Counted from the first letter of the stretch, positions 26,810 to 37,307 are shown. The stretch is 64,000 bases of DNA from Acidobacteriota bacterium (GCA_003225075.1 QIAP01000055.1:10909-74908), one strand, 5' to 3'. Notes: a model not told the origin generated them from the sequence alone. Translations and numbers: made by a program.

Positions 26810-27544
26810 ATGCATCCGGCACTCAAGTCAGTGGCGCACCGTCCGTGGCCTTTGCCCGAAAGTCCCTGGGTCATGGCGCAGACCTGGCATGATTTGTTAT
26901 TTGCTCACTGGCAGATTGTGCACGACGTGATTCGCAAACTTGTTCCCGAGCCACTGGCGCTCGACAGTTTTCATGGTCAATGCTGGATCGCGGTGACTCC
27001 TTTTCATATGAGCGGTGTGCGTGCGCGGGGTTTGCCCGCCCTGCCCGGCCTCTCACGTTTTGCCGAGCTCAATGTGCGTACTTATGTGACGCTGGACGAT
27101 AAGCCCGGCGTCTTTTTCTTCAGTCTCGACGCCGCCAACCTGCCGGCCGTCTTCGCCGCTCGGACTCTTTATCGGCTGCCATATTTCCACGCCGACATGA
27201 GCGTTGACGTCAAACCTAACTCAGTCCGCTACCACTCCCGACGCTATCGGCGCGAAGCGGAGTTCCGCGGCGTTTACGGCCCAGTCGGCGAAGTTCAACT
27301 GAGAAGACACGGAACTCCCGAGCATTGGCTGACCGAGCGCTACTGCCTGTATACAGTCGCGAAGGGGCGCGTGTATCGTGGAGAAATCCATCACCAACCA
27401 TGGCCATTGCAGGACGCTGATGCTGAAATTAAAACCAACACCATGGCTGCGGCTTCGGGAATTACGCTCCCCGACACGAAGCCACTATTGCATTTCTCCC
27501 GCCGGCTGGACGTTCTAGTCTGGCCACTGCGCCGAGTCCGCTAA
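26810..27544 (+). CDS. DUF2071 (YqjF-like) family protein
   Basis: 'WVMAQTWHDLLFAHW' and 'ELNVRTYV' are characteristic of DUF2071. Confidence 0.75.
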   Translation: MHPALKSVAHRPWPLPESPWVMAQTWHDLLFAHWQIVHDVIRKLVPEPLALDSFHGQCWIAVTPFHMSGVRARGLPALPGLSRFAELNVRTYVTLDDKPGVFFFSLDAANLPAVFAARTLYRLPYFHADMSVDVKPNSVRYHSRRYRREAEFRGVYGPVGEVQLRRHGTPEHWLTERYCLYTVAKGRVYRGEIHHQPWPLQDADAEIKTNTMAAASGITLPDTKPLLHFSRRLDVLVWPLRRVR

Positions 27545-27629
27545 GGTTTTTGCGGCGATGTGGCACTCACATGGGCGCACCCCAGAACCCCGGACAGGTA
27601 TAATTCCGCGTTCTAAGGGGAGCATCCGG

Positions 27630-28373
27630 ATGAGTCTCGCAGGACACGTTGCGCTGGTTACAGGGGCGTCGCAGGGCATCGGCCACGCTTGTGCGCTGCG
27701 CCTGGCGGAATCAGGTGCGGCGGTCGCGCTGGCCGCACGCAACCGGGAAAAACTAAGCCAGCTCGTCGATATGATAGCCGCCGCCGGCGGCAAAGCTGCT
27801 GCCTTCCCGATGGATGTCGCCGATGAAGAGCAAATCAAAAGTGCCTGCAAAGCAGCGATCGCGCAATTCGGGAAAATAGATATTCTGGTCAACAATGCAG
27901 GCATCACTCGCGATCAGCTCGTCATGCGCATAAAACGCGCCGATTGGGATGCGGTACTAAATACAAATCTCACCTCCGCTTTTCTGTGCTGTCAGCAAAC
28001 GGTCGGTTCCATGCTTAAACAACGGTGGGGAAGGATTATCAATATAACCAGCATTTTTGGTCAGACGGGACAAGCTGGACAGGCCAACTATGCGTCGTCC
28101 AAAGCCGGGCTGATTGGACTCACTATGGCGATCGCGCGTGAAGTTGCATCGCGAAATATTACTTGTAACGCAGTCGCACCCGGGTTCATCGAAACCGCCA
28201 TGACAGCCGGATTTTCCGAAGACTTAAAGCAAGACGCGTTGAAAATGATTCCGCTGGGCCGAGTCGGGTCCCCTGACGACGTGGCGCGTGCTGTCTGCTT
28301 TCTGGCATCGGATGACGCGTCTTATATCACCGGACACGTGCTGAACGTAAATGGAGGGATGCTCATGGGGTAG
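27630..28373 (+). CDS. fabG: 3-oxoacyl-[ACP] reductase (SDR)
   Basis: 'ALVTGASQGIGHA' (TGxxxGIG), 'NNAG', catalytic 'YASSKAG', C-terminal 'ITGHVLNVNGGM'. The ATG at 27630 has an upstream AAGGGGA Shine-Dalgarno. Confidence 0.85.
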   Translation: MSLAGHVALVTGASQGIGHACALRLAESGAAVALAARNREKLSQLVDMIAAAGGKAAAFPMDVADEEQIKSACKAAIAQFGKIDILVNNAGITRDQLVMRIKRADWDAVLNTNLTSAFLCCQQTVGSMLKQRWGRIINITSIFGQTGQAGQANYASSKAGLIGLTMAIAREVASRNITCNAVAPGFIETAMTAGFSEDLKQDALKMIPLGRVGSPDDVARAVCFLASDDASYITGHVLNVNGGMLMG

Positions 28374-28393
28374 GGCAGATTCCGGGTTTACAG

Positions 28394-28852
28394 ATGGAGC
28401 AAGCGGCATCGGCTGAGCAAATCGGGCGGGCGCGCGAGCTCTTTTTGGAGTACGCGAATTCTCTTGGCTTCAGCCTCTGTTTCCAGAGTTTCGACAAAGA
28501 ACTGGCGGGACTGCCCGGAGATTACTCCCCTCGTGACGGCAGATTGCTGCTGGCGGAATATGAGGGTCAGTTAGCTGGTTGTATCGCGTTGCATCGTCTG
28601 GAGCCTAAAGTTTGCGAGATGAAGCGCTTGTACTTACGTCCCAGTTTTCGAGGCAAGGGGCTGGGGCGCTCGCTGGCGGTGACCGTTATCAGTGAAGCTC
28701 GCAGGATTGGGTACACGCGAATGCGTCTGGATACTGTTGAGCCCATAATGAGAGATGCTGTCGCAATGTACCGGCGATTAGGATTTAAGGAGATTACCCC
28801 TTGTCGGCCTAATCCGATCGCGGGCGCGATGTATATGGAGTTGGAACTCTAA
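28394..28852 (+). CDS. GNAT family N-acetyltransferase
   Basis: Acetyl-CoA motif 'LRPSFRGKGLGRSL'. Length 152 aa. Confidence 0.85.
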   Translation: MEQAASAEQIGRARELFLEYANSLGFSLCFQSFDKELAGLPGDYSPRDGRLLLAEYEGQLAGCIALHRLEPKVCEMKRLYLRPSFRGKGLGRSLAVTVISEARRIGYTRMRLDTVEPIMRDAVAMYRRLGFKEITPCRPNPIAGAMYMELEL

Positions 28853-28868
28853 TCCCCGAGGTATTCCT

Positions 28869-29612
28869 ATGAAAAGCGTTTTCTTGCTTAGCTCCTTTTT
28901 CCTTTTCTCCATTTCGTTACTCGCCGCCGACGGCAAGAACGTTTCTTACAAGAGCGGGGATGAAACGGTGCAGGGCGTGCTTTACGTACCCGCGGGCAAA
29001 GGTCCCTTTCCGGGGCTCGTAGTCATCCATGAATGGTGGGGACTTAATGACTGGGTCAAGGAGCAGGCCTCCAAACTGGCGGATCAGGGCTACGCGGCTC
29101 TGGCCATCGATCTCTATCGTGGGAAAGTGGCCACCACGCCAGAGGAGGCGCACGAGCTGATGCGAGGCGTCCCGGAAGATCGCGCTACCCGTGATTTGCA
29201 CGCGGCAGTGGAGTTCCTCAAATCGCAGAAAAATGTGAAAAAAGACCGCATTGGATCAATTGGCTGGTGTATGGGTGGCGGATATTCGCTCGACGTGGCT
29301 CTCCAGGAACCAACGCTCACGGCGGCGGTCATCCACTATGGTCACCTGGCCACCGATCCCGAACAATTGAAAAAGATTAATGCGGCCATCCTCGGCATAT
29401 TTGGTGGCCAGGACCGCGGTATCCCGGTAGACGATGTCAAGAAATTCGAACAGACGCTGAAGCAGTTGGGGAAAAAAGTCGAGATCGTGATTTATCCCAA
29501 CGCCGGACATGCCTTCGAGAATCCGAACAATAAAGCTGGCTATCGCGCCGAGCATGCGGCCGATGCCTGGAAGCACACCGTGGATTTCCTGGCACGCACT
29601 TTGAAAAAATAG
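28869..29612 (+). CDS. Secreted dienelactone hydrolase family protein
   Basis: Signal peptide. 'VVIHEWWGLNDW', nucleophile elbow 'GWCMGGG', 'YPNAGHAF'. Confidence 0.85.
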   Translation: MKSVFLLSSFFLFSISLLAADGKNVSYKSGDETVQGVLYVPAGKGPFPGLVVIHEWWGLNDWVKEQASKLADQGYAALAIDLYRGKVATTPEEAHELMRGVPEDRATRDLHAAVEFLKSQKNVKKDRIGSIGWCMGGGYSLDVALQEPTLTAAVIHYGHLATDPEQLKKINAAILGIFGGQDRGIPVDDVKKFEQTLKQLGKKVEIVIYPNAGHAFENPNNKAGYRAEHAADAWKHTVDFLARTLKK

Positions 29613-29767
29613 GTACGGGAAAGTTTTTGGCTGTGGAAATCGTCTCAGGATTTTCCATTATGCTACGCAAGCCCGTAATGGCGCACGGTTTGCTGTACGG
29701 CTAATTTCCTACTTGCCAGAAGGTACTACTCTGGTTACTATGCAGCATTCCTCAGAAGTTCAATTGC

Positions 29768-30127
29768 ATGTTTTCTATGAACATCGGCGAGACCATCAGA
29801 AATTACAGGCTGCAAAAAGGCATGTCCCAGGGGGATATTGAAAAGCGCACCGGACTGCTGCGCTGCTATCTCTCGCGAGTGGAGAATGGCCACACCATTC
29901 CTTCTCTGGATACGCTGGCCAAGATCGCGGGCGCGATGGAACTCCCGTTGTCACAGTTCTTCTCCGAATCTGGACACACCAACGGCTCCAAAGGACTTCC
30001 CCAACTCTCCGATGACGAAGTACGCTTCCTCACTCAAATCCGCCGCTATGCCGCCAGTCTCAATGACAGCGACCGCAAGCTGGTCCTGGCCATGGTGAAG
30101 AAAATGGCGGCGACGGTGGGCAGGTAG
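29768..30127 (+). CDS. XRE-family helix-turn-helix transcriptional regulator
   Basis: 'IRNYRLQKGMSQGDIEKRTGLLRCYLSRVENGHTIPSLDTLAKIAGAMELPLSQFF'. Confidence 0.88.
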   Translation: MFSMNIGETIRNYRLQKGMSQGDIEKRTGLLRCYLSRVENGHTIPSLDTLAKIAGAMELPLSQFFSESGHTNGSKGLPQLSDDEVRFLTQIRRYAASLNDSDRKLVLAMVKKMAATVGR

Positions 30128-30263
30128 CGCCTGGCTACTGCGCTGGTCTAGGGTTCCTGCTGCGAGCTCCCTTGAGTACTTTCGTGCTATCCCTTCTGTG
30201 ACCCAACGGAATCTCCCGTCCGCGGTGTTGAGCCTCTAGACTTGTAGCAGGAGAAGCCGCCCT

Positions 30264-30893
30264 GTGACCATTGATGAGGAACTGAACCTTCTCGACCAGC
30301 AACTGCGGCGGCTGAAGATCGAGTACGAGATTTACTTCAGCAATCCCACCAAGAAACCTCCCGCTGATATCGAATGGAAGGTGCTGAGCCTGCTGCGGAA
30401 ATTCAGCGACGGCGCGCGCATAAGCTTCTCGCAGCGTTACCGTTACAATGAAATGGCCCAGCGCTATGCGATATATAGCGATTTATGGCGGAAGAAAACG
30501 CGTATCCGCGAGGAGGGCTATCGCCGCCCGCAGGACGCAATTCTTTCGGTGCAGGGAGTCCGCCCGGCCGAGGAGCATGAAGCCCAGCACCATATTGCCT
30601 ACGGAGTCGGGCACGGCAACGCTGCAGCCGCTCCGGCAAGCGAGCCCGGGCCCTTTACCGTGCAGTGCTCCGATGTATCCGCCGAACGGGATAGGGTCGA
30701 ATCCCTCTACAAAGCGCTGGTGGATGCCAAGAAAAAGGCTGGCGAGTCGATCTCAGGCAACCTGGACTCTTTCACGAAGTTTGTGAACAAAAAGACCAAC
30801 CAGATCCGCAAGGATTACGGTTGCCACAACGTGGAATATTCCGTAGAGATGGAAAATGGCCAGGTGAAGCTCAAGGCCAAAGCCAAAATTTAG
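30264..30893 (+). CDS. Conserved hypothetical protein (resembles the MXAN_5187-type family by recollection)
   Basis: GTG start. 'LDQQLRRLKIEYEIYFSNPTKKPPADIEWKV...RYRYNEMAQRYAIYSDLWRKKTRIREEG'. No catalytic or DNA-binding motif recognised. Confidence 0.5.
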   Translation: MTIDEELNLLDQQLRRLKIEYEIYFSNPTKKPPADIEWKVLSLLRKFSDGARISFSQRYRYNEMAQRYAIYSDLWRKKTRIREEGYRRPQDAILSVQGVRPAEEHEAQHHIAYGVGHGNAAAAPASEPGPFTVQCSDVSAERDRVESLYKALVDAKKKAGESISGNLDSFTKFVNKKTNQIRKDYGCHNVEYSVEMENGQVKLKAKAKI

Positions 30894-31039
30894 TTGGAAG
30901 CACTCCTCTTCGACTGGTCCTCACTAATATTCCATCCTAATCGGACACCTCGCAACCTTCGTTACCCTTCTACTGGTAGAATTTTGGGTCTGCCTTGTGC
31001 CGGGCACATAATCCTTTCCGCATTTCGAGGACTTACCAT

Positions 31040-32596
31040 ATGTCCAAGGTTCAGCGTGCCATCCTCAGTGTGACCGATAAAACCGGCCTGGTGGAGTTCG
31101 CTCGTAAGCTCGCTGACATGCGGGTTGAACTCATCTCCACTGGCGGAACTGCCAAGCTGCTGCGCGAGTCCGGAATCCCAGTCCAGGACATTGCGGAGCT
31201 GACTGGTTTCCCGGAAATGCTGGATGGGCGGGTGAAGACGCTGCATCCCAAGGTGCACGGCGGGATCTTACATCGGCGCGAAAATCCTAAACACCGCTCC
31301 GCAATCGCCGAGCACGGCATCCAGCCTATCGATATGGTGGTGGTGAATCTGTATGCGTTCGAGAAGACGGCAGCTAAGCCTGACGTTCGTTTTGAAGAGT
31401 TGATTGAAAACGTAGACATTGGCGGACCCTCGATGATCCGATCCGCCGCCAAGAACTTTCAGGATGTTGCAGTTGTAACTTCGCCTGCGGACTACGACGT
31501 CATCGCGCAAGAGATGGCCGCGAACAATGGAGAGATTTCTGTCGCGACCAAATGGCGGCTGGCGCAGAAGGCATTCGCCACCACCGCCGCCTATGACTCT
31601 GCCATAGCATCCACACTGGAGCGAATAAGTTCTAATGGACGTTTTGATCTGCATCCGGGGGAAAGCTTCCCGCCGACGTTGCGCCTCTCATTTCAGAAGA
31701 CGATGGATTTGCGCTACGGCGAAAATCCGCACCAGAAGGCTGCCATGTATTCGGACGGATCCGCTGCGGGCGTAGCTAATGGCCGGCAGCTGCAAGGCAA
31801 AGAGCTCTCCTACAACAACATTGTGGATCTTCAGGCCGCGTGGGACCTGGCGCAGGAATTTAGCGAGCCGGTCTGTGCAATTATCAAGCACACCAATCCA
31901 TGCGGGACCGGCACCGGGAAAACACTGGCTGAGGCTTACAAGAAAGCGCTGGAGTGCGATCCAGTTTCAGCTTTCGGGGGCGTAATTGGCGTGAACCGGA
32001 CCGTAGATGGCGATGCGGCGGAGGAGATGGCCAAACTCTTCCTTGAAGCGATTGCCGCGCCTTCATTCGACGCCGCCTCCAAGGCCAAATTCGCCAGCAA
32101 GAAGAATTTGCGTTTGGTGGAAATCGTTCCGGCTGAACAGAAGTGGGTGCTGAAGAATGTTTCCGGGGGAATCCTGCTCCAAGACGCCGATCTGCGCACG
32201 CTGGAAGAGTCAGATCTCAAGGTGGTCACCAAACGCGCGCCCACTCCAGAGGAGAAGCGCGCCTTACTGTTTGCCTGGAACGTCTGCAAACACGTGAAGT
32301 CGAACGCCATCGTCTACGCGCGAGATGGCCAAACGGTTGGTGTGGGGGCGGGGCAGATGAGCCGGGTGGATTCCTGCAAGATCGGCGCCATGAAGGCGCA
32401 ATTGCCGCTTCGCGGCACGGTGGCGGCTTCAGACGCGTTCTTTCCGTTTCCCGATGGCGTTGAAGAAATTGCGAAGGCCGGTGCTACGGCGATCATTCAG
32501 CCCGGAGGCTCGGTGCGCGATCAAGACGTAATCGACGCCGCCGAGCGTCTGGGCCTGGCCATGATTTTTACCGGGGTGAGGCACTTCAGGCATTAG
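31040..32596 (+). CDS. purH: Bifunctional AICAR formyltransferase / IMP cyclohydrolase
   Basis: 'RAILSVTDKTGLVEFA', 'TGGTAKLL', 'LHPKVHGGIL', 'IIKHTNPCG', C-terminal 'FTGVRHFRH'. Confidence 0.96.
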   Translation: MSKVQRAILSVTDKTGLVEFARKLADMRVELISTGGTAKLLRESGIPVQDIAELTGFPEMLDGRVKTLHPKVHGGILHRRENPKHRSAIAEHGIQPIDMVVVNLYAFEKTAAKPDVRFEELIENVDIGGPSMIRSAAKNFQDVAVVTSPADYDVIAQEMAANNGEISVATKWRLAQKAFATTAAYDSAIASTLERISSNGRFDLHPGESFPPTLRLSFQKTMDLRYGENPHQKAAMYSDGSAAGVANGRQLQGKELSYNNIVDLQAAWDLAQEFSEPVCAIIKHTNPCGTGTGKTLAEAYKKALECDPVSAFGGVIGVNRTVDGDAAEEMAKLFLEAIAAPSFDAASKAKFASKKNLRLVEIVPAEQKWVLKNVSGGILLQDADLRTLEESDLKVVTKRAPTPEEKRALLFAWNVCKHVKSNAIVYARDGQTVGVGAGQMSRVDSCKIGAMKAQLPLRGTVAASDAFFPFPDGVEEIAKAGATAIIQPGGSVRDQDVIDAAERLGLAMIFTGVRHFRH

Positions 32597-32837
32597 ACTG
32601 GGACGATTAAATTTGCTGATAGCCGAATGGGGGCTACACCTGTTAAACAGACGCGAATCGTCAATATGAGAATTGACAATCCCGAAGTCCGCCGTCCCTG
32701 TACTTCTGATGGTTAGTTCCGCGATTCCGACTCCCGCTTTTTACCATCGGTGCGTTGCCTGAGGTTACAATAGAAGCACCCACCCACAGCGGTTCAGCAT
32801 CCAATCGTTATGGTTTGTGGGAGTTCAAAGGTCCTTC

Positions 32838-34949
32838 ATGAATAAAGTAATTCGGCTATTTTTTGTAGTCCTGGTCTCTTCCTCAGCAGCATTTTCTCAG
32901 CAGGCTCCAGCCGCTGCTCCGGATTCCTCCAAACCGCCAGCAGCCAAAGCGGACAAGGCTGCCGATTCTAAGCCGGCGCCACCAGCGCCACCCCGGAAGG
33001 TGGACCGGGCTGCCGCCTATTACCACTACACGCTCGCCCATATGTATGAGGAGCAGGTGGCGGTCTACGGCCGCAGCGATCTGGCTAACAAAGCCATTGA
33101 AGAGTACCGCCAGGCAATTGAAGCTGACCCGACATCCGGTTACCTGACCGCGGGACTTGCGGAGCTCTATGCCAAGACTGGCCGCATTCGCGATGCGGTG
33201 CTGGAAGCACAGGACATTCTGAAACGCGACCCGAATAATATCGAGGCGCGCAAACTCCTGGGCCGAATTTATCTGCGATCACTGGGAGACATGCAAGCCA
33301 GCAATGGTTCGCAGAATGTTCTGAAGCTCGCCATCGAGCAGTACGAACAGATCGTGAAGATCGAGCCCGACAGCGTGGATGACCGCCTGTTGCTCGGCCG
33401 CCTCTATCGTCTGAATAACGACCTGCAGAAGGCAGAGAACGAGTTTAAGACAGCGGTCAAGTTACAACCCGATTCCGAAGAGGCTGTCACCACGCTGGCC
33501 TATCTCTACAACGAGGAAGGCGACACAGCCCGCGCCACCCAGGTATTAAGCGCCATCCCGGAAGCCGGACGTTCCGCCAAGCTCTATTCCGCGCTGGGTT
33601 ACACCTACGAGCAGCAGAAGCAATATAAGAACGCGATTACCGCCTATCGGCGCGCTATTGAGCTCGACCGCGACAATCTCGACGCAATCCGGGGATTGGC
33701 GCAAAACTTGATGAACGATGGCCAGACCGATGCTGCTCTGGAACAATACAAGGTCATTGCCGATGCCAACCCCGAAGACGCCCAGACATACGTACGGATG
33801 GCCGATATTTATCGTAAGCAGAGTAAGTACGATCTGGCACTCGAAAATCTTAAGAAAGCAGAGTCCATGGTGCAGGACTCCATCGAAGTGCCCTACAGCA
33901 TGGCCGCGGTTTACCAAGCCCAGGGACGATTTGAGGAAGCCGAGCAAGTCCTGCAAAACCTTCTGAAGAAGACTGAGAAGCCTGATGGCAGCTACTCGCA
34001 AAGCGATCGTAATAACCGGGCCGTATTTTTGGAGAGGCTAGGCAGTATCTATCGTGAACAAGGCAACACTCAGCAGGCGGTCGAGACGTTCCGGAAAATG
34101 CTCGCTCTGGGCGATGAGAACGCGGTTCGCGGTTACCAGCAGATTATTGACAGCTATCGCGAGGCCAAGCAATGGCCGCAAGCCACCACCGTAGCCAAAG
34201 AGGCGGTACAGAAGCTGCCCAACAACCGCGATCTGCGTATGGTGTTGGACGGTCAATTGGCCGATGCCGGCGAGCCTGACAAGGCGCTCAAAGACGTCCG
34301 CTCCATGCTGAAGGGAGGGGCCGAAGATCGCGACGTTTACATCACGCTCGCTCAGATGAACACCCGCCTGAAGCGCTGGAATGATGCCGAAGAAGCGCTC
34401 GATAAGGCAGAACAACTTTCCAGCAAGCCGGACGAGAAGGAGTACGTATATTTCCTCCGCGGATCTACCTACGAGAGGCAAAAGAAGTACGATCAAGCCG
34501 AAGAGATGTTCCGGAAGGTCCTCGCCGTGAACCCGCAGAACACGATGACCTTGAATTATCTCGGCTACATGCTCGCCGATCGCGGTGTGAAGTTGGAAGA
34601 GGCGCTGGGCTACATTAAAAAAGCACTAGAACTGGACCCCGCAAATGGTGCCTATCTCGATTCACTGGGTTGGGCGTACTTTAAACTGGGGAAATACGAT
34701 TTGGCGGAAGAAAATCTGGTGAAGGCCGCGCAGCGCATTAACAGCGATCCCACGGTCCAGGACCACCTCGGGGATCTCTATCAAAAGACAGGCCGGCTAA
34801 AGCTGGCGGCTGCCCACTGGGAGCATGCGCTAAATGAATGGAACCGGACGATAGCCGCCGAGGTGGATAGCACCGACGTTGCCAGGGTGCAGAAAAAGCT
34901 CGAATCAGCCAAGGTGAAACTCGCAAAGGACCAGCCGGAGAAACAATAG
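32838..34949 (+). CDS. Secreted tetratricopeptide-repeat (TPR) protein
   Basis: Signal peptide 'MNKVIRLFFVVLVSSSAAFS'. Many 34-aa TPR units, e.g. 'YIKKALELDPANGAYLDSLGWAYFKLGKYDLAEENLVKA'. Confidence 0.85.
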   Translation: MNKVIRLFFVVLVSSSAAFSQQAPAAAPDSSKPPAAKADKAADSKPAPPAPPRKVDRAAAYYHYTLAHMYEEQVAVYGRSDLANKAIEEYRQAIEADPTSGYLTAGLAELYAKTGRIRDAVLEAQDILKRDPNNIEARKLLGRIYLRSLGDMQASNGSQNVLKLAIEQYEQIVKIEPDSVDDRLLLGRLYRLNNDLQKAENEFKTAVKLQPDSEEAVTTLAYLYNEEGDTARATQVLSAIPEAGRSAKLYSALGYTYEQQKQYKNAITAYRRAIELDRDNLDAIRGLAQNLMNDGQTDAALEQYKVIADANPEDAQTYVRMADIYRKQSKYDLALENLKKAESMVQDSIEVPYSMAAVYQAQGRFEEAEQVLQNLLKKTEKPDGSYSQSDRNNRAVFLERLGSIYREQGNTQQAVETFRKMLALGDENAVRGYQQIIDSYREAKQWPQATTVAKEAVQKLPNNRDLRMVLDGQLADAGEPDKALKDVRSMLKGGAEDRDVYITLAQMNTRLKRWNDAEEALDKAEQLSSKPDEKEYVYFLRGSTYERQKKYDQAEEMFRKVLAVNPQNTMTLNYLGYMLADRGVKLEEALGYIKKALELDPANGAYLDSLGWAYFKLGKYDLAEENLVKAAQRINSDPTVQDHLGDLYQKTGRLKLAAAHWEHALNEWNRTIAAEVDSTDVARVQKKLESAKVKLAKDQPEKQ

Positions 34950-34956
34950 CTGCCCT

Positions 34957-36075
34957 ATGCTCGCCGACTACGCGGTATGCCTGGAAGGCTCCCGCGGACG
35001 CCGCCATCCCGAGCCCAAACATGCTTACCGTAACGATTTCCAGCGCGATCGTGACCGCGTCGTCCACGCACGCGCCTTTCGCCGGCTTGACTCCAAGACA
35101 CAGGTCTTTACCCGTCGCTACTCTGATCATTTCCGCAATCGCCTAACCCACACTCTCGAAGTCGCACAGATCTCCCGCACCGTTGCCGCTCAACTGGGCC
35201 TGAATGTAGATCTCGTGGAGGCGCTGGCACTAGTGCACGATATAGGTCATCCTCCTTTCGGCCACGCTGGGGAGAAGGCTCTGGACACGGCGATGCGCGA
35301 GCACGGCTACTTCTTCGATCATAACCTGCACGCCCTTAGGATCGTTGAGGACTTCGAAATTCGCTACGCAGCTTTTCGCGGCTTGAATTTAACTTTTGAA
35401 GTTCGCGAGGGCATCATCAAACATTCCCGCGACTATAGGGTTGAGCAGTTTCCCGAACTGGAGGAATACCTGCTGGACAAGAAACCCCCACTCGAGGCGC
35501 AGCTAATCGATCTCGCGGATGAGGTTGCTTACGACACCGCCGACCTCGATGACGGTTACGAGGCGCGGCTGCTCTCGTTGGAAGCGATTCGCGCCGGGGT
35601 ACCGGTCTTTGAACGTTACTACCGCGATGTTGAGCAAATATATCCCGATGCGATTGAAAAACTGAAGTTCAACGAAGCTGTCAAGCGCATGCTGGACGGG
35701 ATGGTCAGCGATTTAATTCGTAACACCGGCAAGCGCATTGAGGAATCGCGAATTAGATCGCTTGACGATATCCGCAATTGCCCACACCGGCTGGCGAGTT
35801 TCAGTTCCGGCGTTGAAAAGGAACGACGGGAGACGAAGAAATTCCTCTTTGCAAATCTTTACTTCACTCCAGTGCTCGAACCTGAGAAGGACGATGCTGA
35901 GCGCATTACCCGGGAACTTTTTAACTTTTGGATGGAGCAACCCGAATCACTACCGCAGAGTTATCAGGAAAAGGCCCGGCAAGAGCCGCTGCCGCGGGTG
36001 GTTTGCGATTACATTGCCGGCATGACTGATAACTTCATTTACGACCAATGGGAAAAGTACTGCCGCGGAAAGTGA
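34957..36075 (+). CDS. dGTP triphosphohydrolase-like HD-domain protein
   Basis: 'FQRDRDRVVHARAFRRL', 'NRLTHTLEVAQISR', 'HDIGHPPFGHAGE', 'CDYIAGMTDNF'. Confidence 0.9.
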   Translation: MLADYAVCLEGSRGRRHPEPKHAYRNDFQRDRDRVVHARAFRRLDSKTQVFTRRYSDHFRNRLTHTLEVAQISRTVAAQLGLNVDLVEALALVHDIGHPPFGHAGEKALDTAMREHGYFFDHNLHALRIVEDFEIRYAAFRGLNLTFEVREGIIKHSRDYRVEQFPELEEYLLDKKPPLEAQLIDLADEVAYDTADLDDGYEARLLSLEAIRAGVPVFERYYRDVEQIYPDAIEKLKFNEAVKRMLDGMVSDLIRNTGKRIEESRIRSLDDIRNCPHRLASFSSGVEKERRETKKFLFANLYFTPVLEPEKDDAERITRELFNFWMEQPESLPQSYQEKARQEPLPRVVCDYIAGMTDNFIYDQWEKYCRGK

Positions 36076-36109
36076 TGGTCAGATAGACTGGGGGCTTGCC
36101 CAGTCCGGT

Positions 36110-37276
36110 TTACTTCTCCCACGTTATCCGATAAATCACCCCAGCCGAGTCATCGCTGATGTACATGGCGCCTTCCGGCCCGATCGCGACTCCGACGGGG
36201 CGGCCCATCCATACACCCTTCCTTGTTTCACCGGGGCGAATCCAACCAGTGATGAAGTCTTCTGGAACGTCTTTGGGCTCGCCGCGCTCGTCGAGCTTGA
36301 TTCGCACCACTTTGTAGCCCGTCGGTATGCTCCGATTCCAGGAGCCGTGCAGAGTGACGAAAATATTATTGCGATACTCCTGCGGGAACATGGTTGCGTT
36401 ATAGAAGGCCAGGTTCAGCGGCGCGGAGTGCGCCTGGATCTCAGCCTTCGGAGCAATCGTTTTAGAGCAGTCGTAGTCTTTGCTCTGAGAACGATCCGGC
36501 ACTTGGCGGCCATAGCAGTATGGCCACCCGAAGTTACCGCCATTTTTTCCCAGGTCGTTGACTTCTTCCGGCGGAAGATTGTCCCCCAGCCAGTCGCGGC
36601 CGTTGTCAGTGGCCCAAATTGTGCCGGTCTTCGGATTCACGGCAATCCCGACCGCATTACGTAGCCCAGAGGCGAAGATCCGCTGACCGCCGCCGTCGTC
36701 GTTGAACTCCATTACTGCGGCCCGCCGCTTGTCTTGCTCGATGCAGACATTACAACTCGAGCCCGTGGCCACATACATTTTCCCGTTGGCAAACAGCAAC
36801 GTGCGGGTGGAGTGCCCGCCGCCGCTGCCTGGAAGCTGGGCAATCACCTGGCCATTGGTGGCGCGCAACTGCGATTCGTCCCAGTCATAACGCCGCACCT
36901 GGTTGATCTCAGCCACGTAAAGCTTGCCATTGTGCAAGGCCATGCCATGCGGCGCATTGAGTTCATCCGCTACCGTGACAGTCCGCTGTGGATGTCCGCT
37001 CTGTTTGGGGTCAACCATGGCCACCACTTTGCCATCTTCGGTTTCGCTCACCAGCAGTGTACCGCCCGGACTAAATACCAGCATGCGAGCATGAGGCGCC
37101 TCCGCGAAGATCGCAATGTGAAATCCGGCTGGGAGCTTGAGACGGCCAATGTCTAATTTCTCCGCGTGGGTGCAGGCGGCAAGAAAGACCAGAAATAACA
37201 ATACGGAGCAACGGCCCATAAGTCCCCTCAGGTTCTGCATACAAATTGGATTGCATCGCACACCTTTGGGTTTCAA
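36110..37276 (-). CDS. PQQ-dependent sugar (sorbosone/glucose) dehydrogenase family beta-propeller
   Basis: 'LRNAVGIAVNPKTGTIWATDNGRDWLGDNLPPEEVN', 'GGNFGWPYCYG'. A signal or lipoprotein-like N-terminus ('LLFLVFLAAC') suggests the start may be an internal ATG (37240 or 37219). Confidence 0.75.
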   Translation of the reverse strand: MKPKGVRCNPICMQNLRGLMGRCSVLLFLVFLAACTHAEKLDIGRLKLPAGFHIAIFAEAPHARMLVFSPGGTLLVSETEDGKVVAMVDPKQSGHPQRTVTVADELNAPHGMALHNGKLYVAEINQVRRYDWDESQLRATNGQVIAQLPGSGGGHSTRTLLFANGKMYVATGSSCNVCIEQDKRRAAVMEFNDDGGGQRIFASGLRNAVGIAVNPKTGTIWATDNGRDWLGDNLPPEEVNDLGKNGGNFGWPYCYGRQVPDRSQSKDYDCSKTIAPKAEIQAHSAPLNLAFYNATMFPQEYRNNIFVTLHGSWNRSIPTGYKVVRIKLDERGEPKDVPEDFITGWIRPGETRKGVWMGRPVGVAIGPEGAMYISDDSAGVIYRITWEK

Positions 37277-37307
37277 TTGGAATTGAAATTCTCGTGCGCA
37301 ACGCCTT

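Noticed and set aside
30894-31039. Possible ZTP (pfl) riboswitch upstream of purH
   Set aside because: purH is a classic ZTP-riboswitch target, and the leader has 'CGACTGGTCC' and 'GTGCCGGGCA'. These do not match the conserved GACUGGCG and CCGCCUGGGCA cores as I recall them, and I could not draw the pseudoknot. An Infernal scan would settle it. The 13-nt palindrome TGTGCC-G-GGCACA (30996-31008) is noted but is too short to interpret.
36086-36105. GACTGGG-N6-CCCAGTC hairpin between the convergent dGTPase-like and PQQ-dehydrogenase genes
   Set aside because: It is plausibly a bidirectional terminator, but it has no U-tract on either side, so it is not called as a feature.
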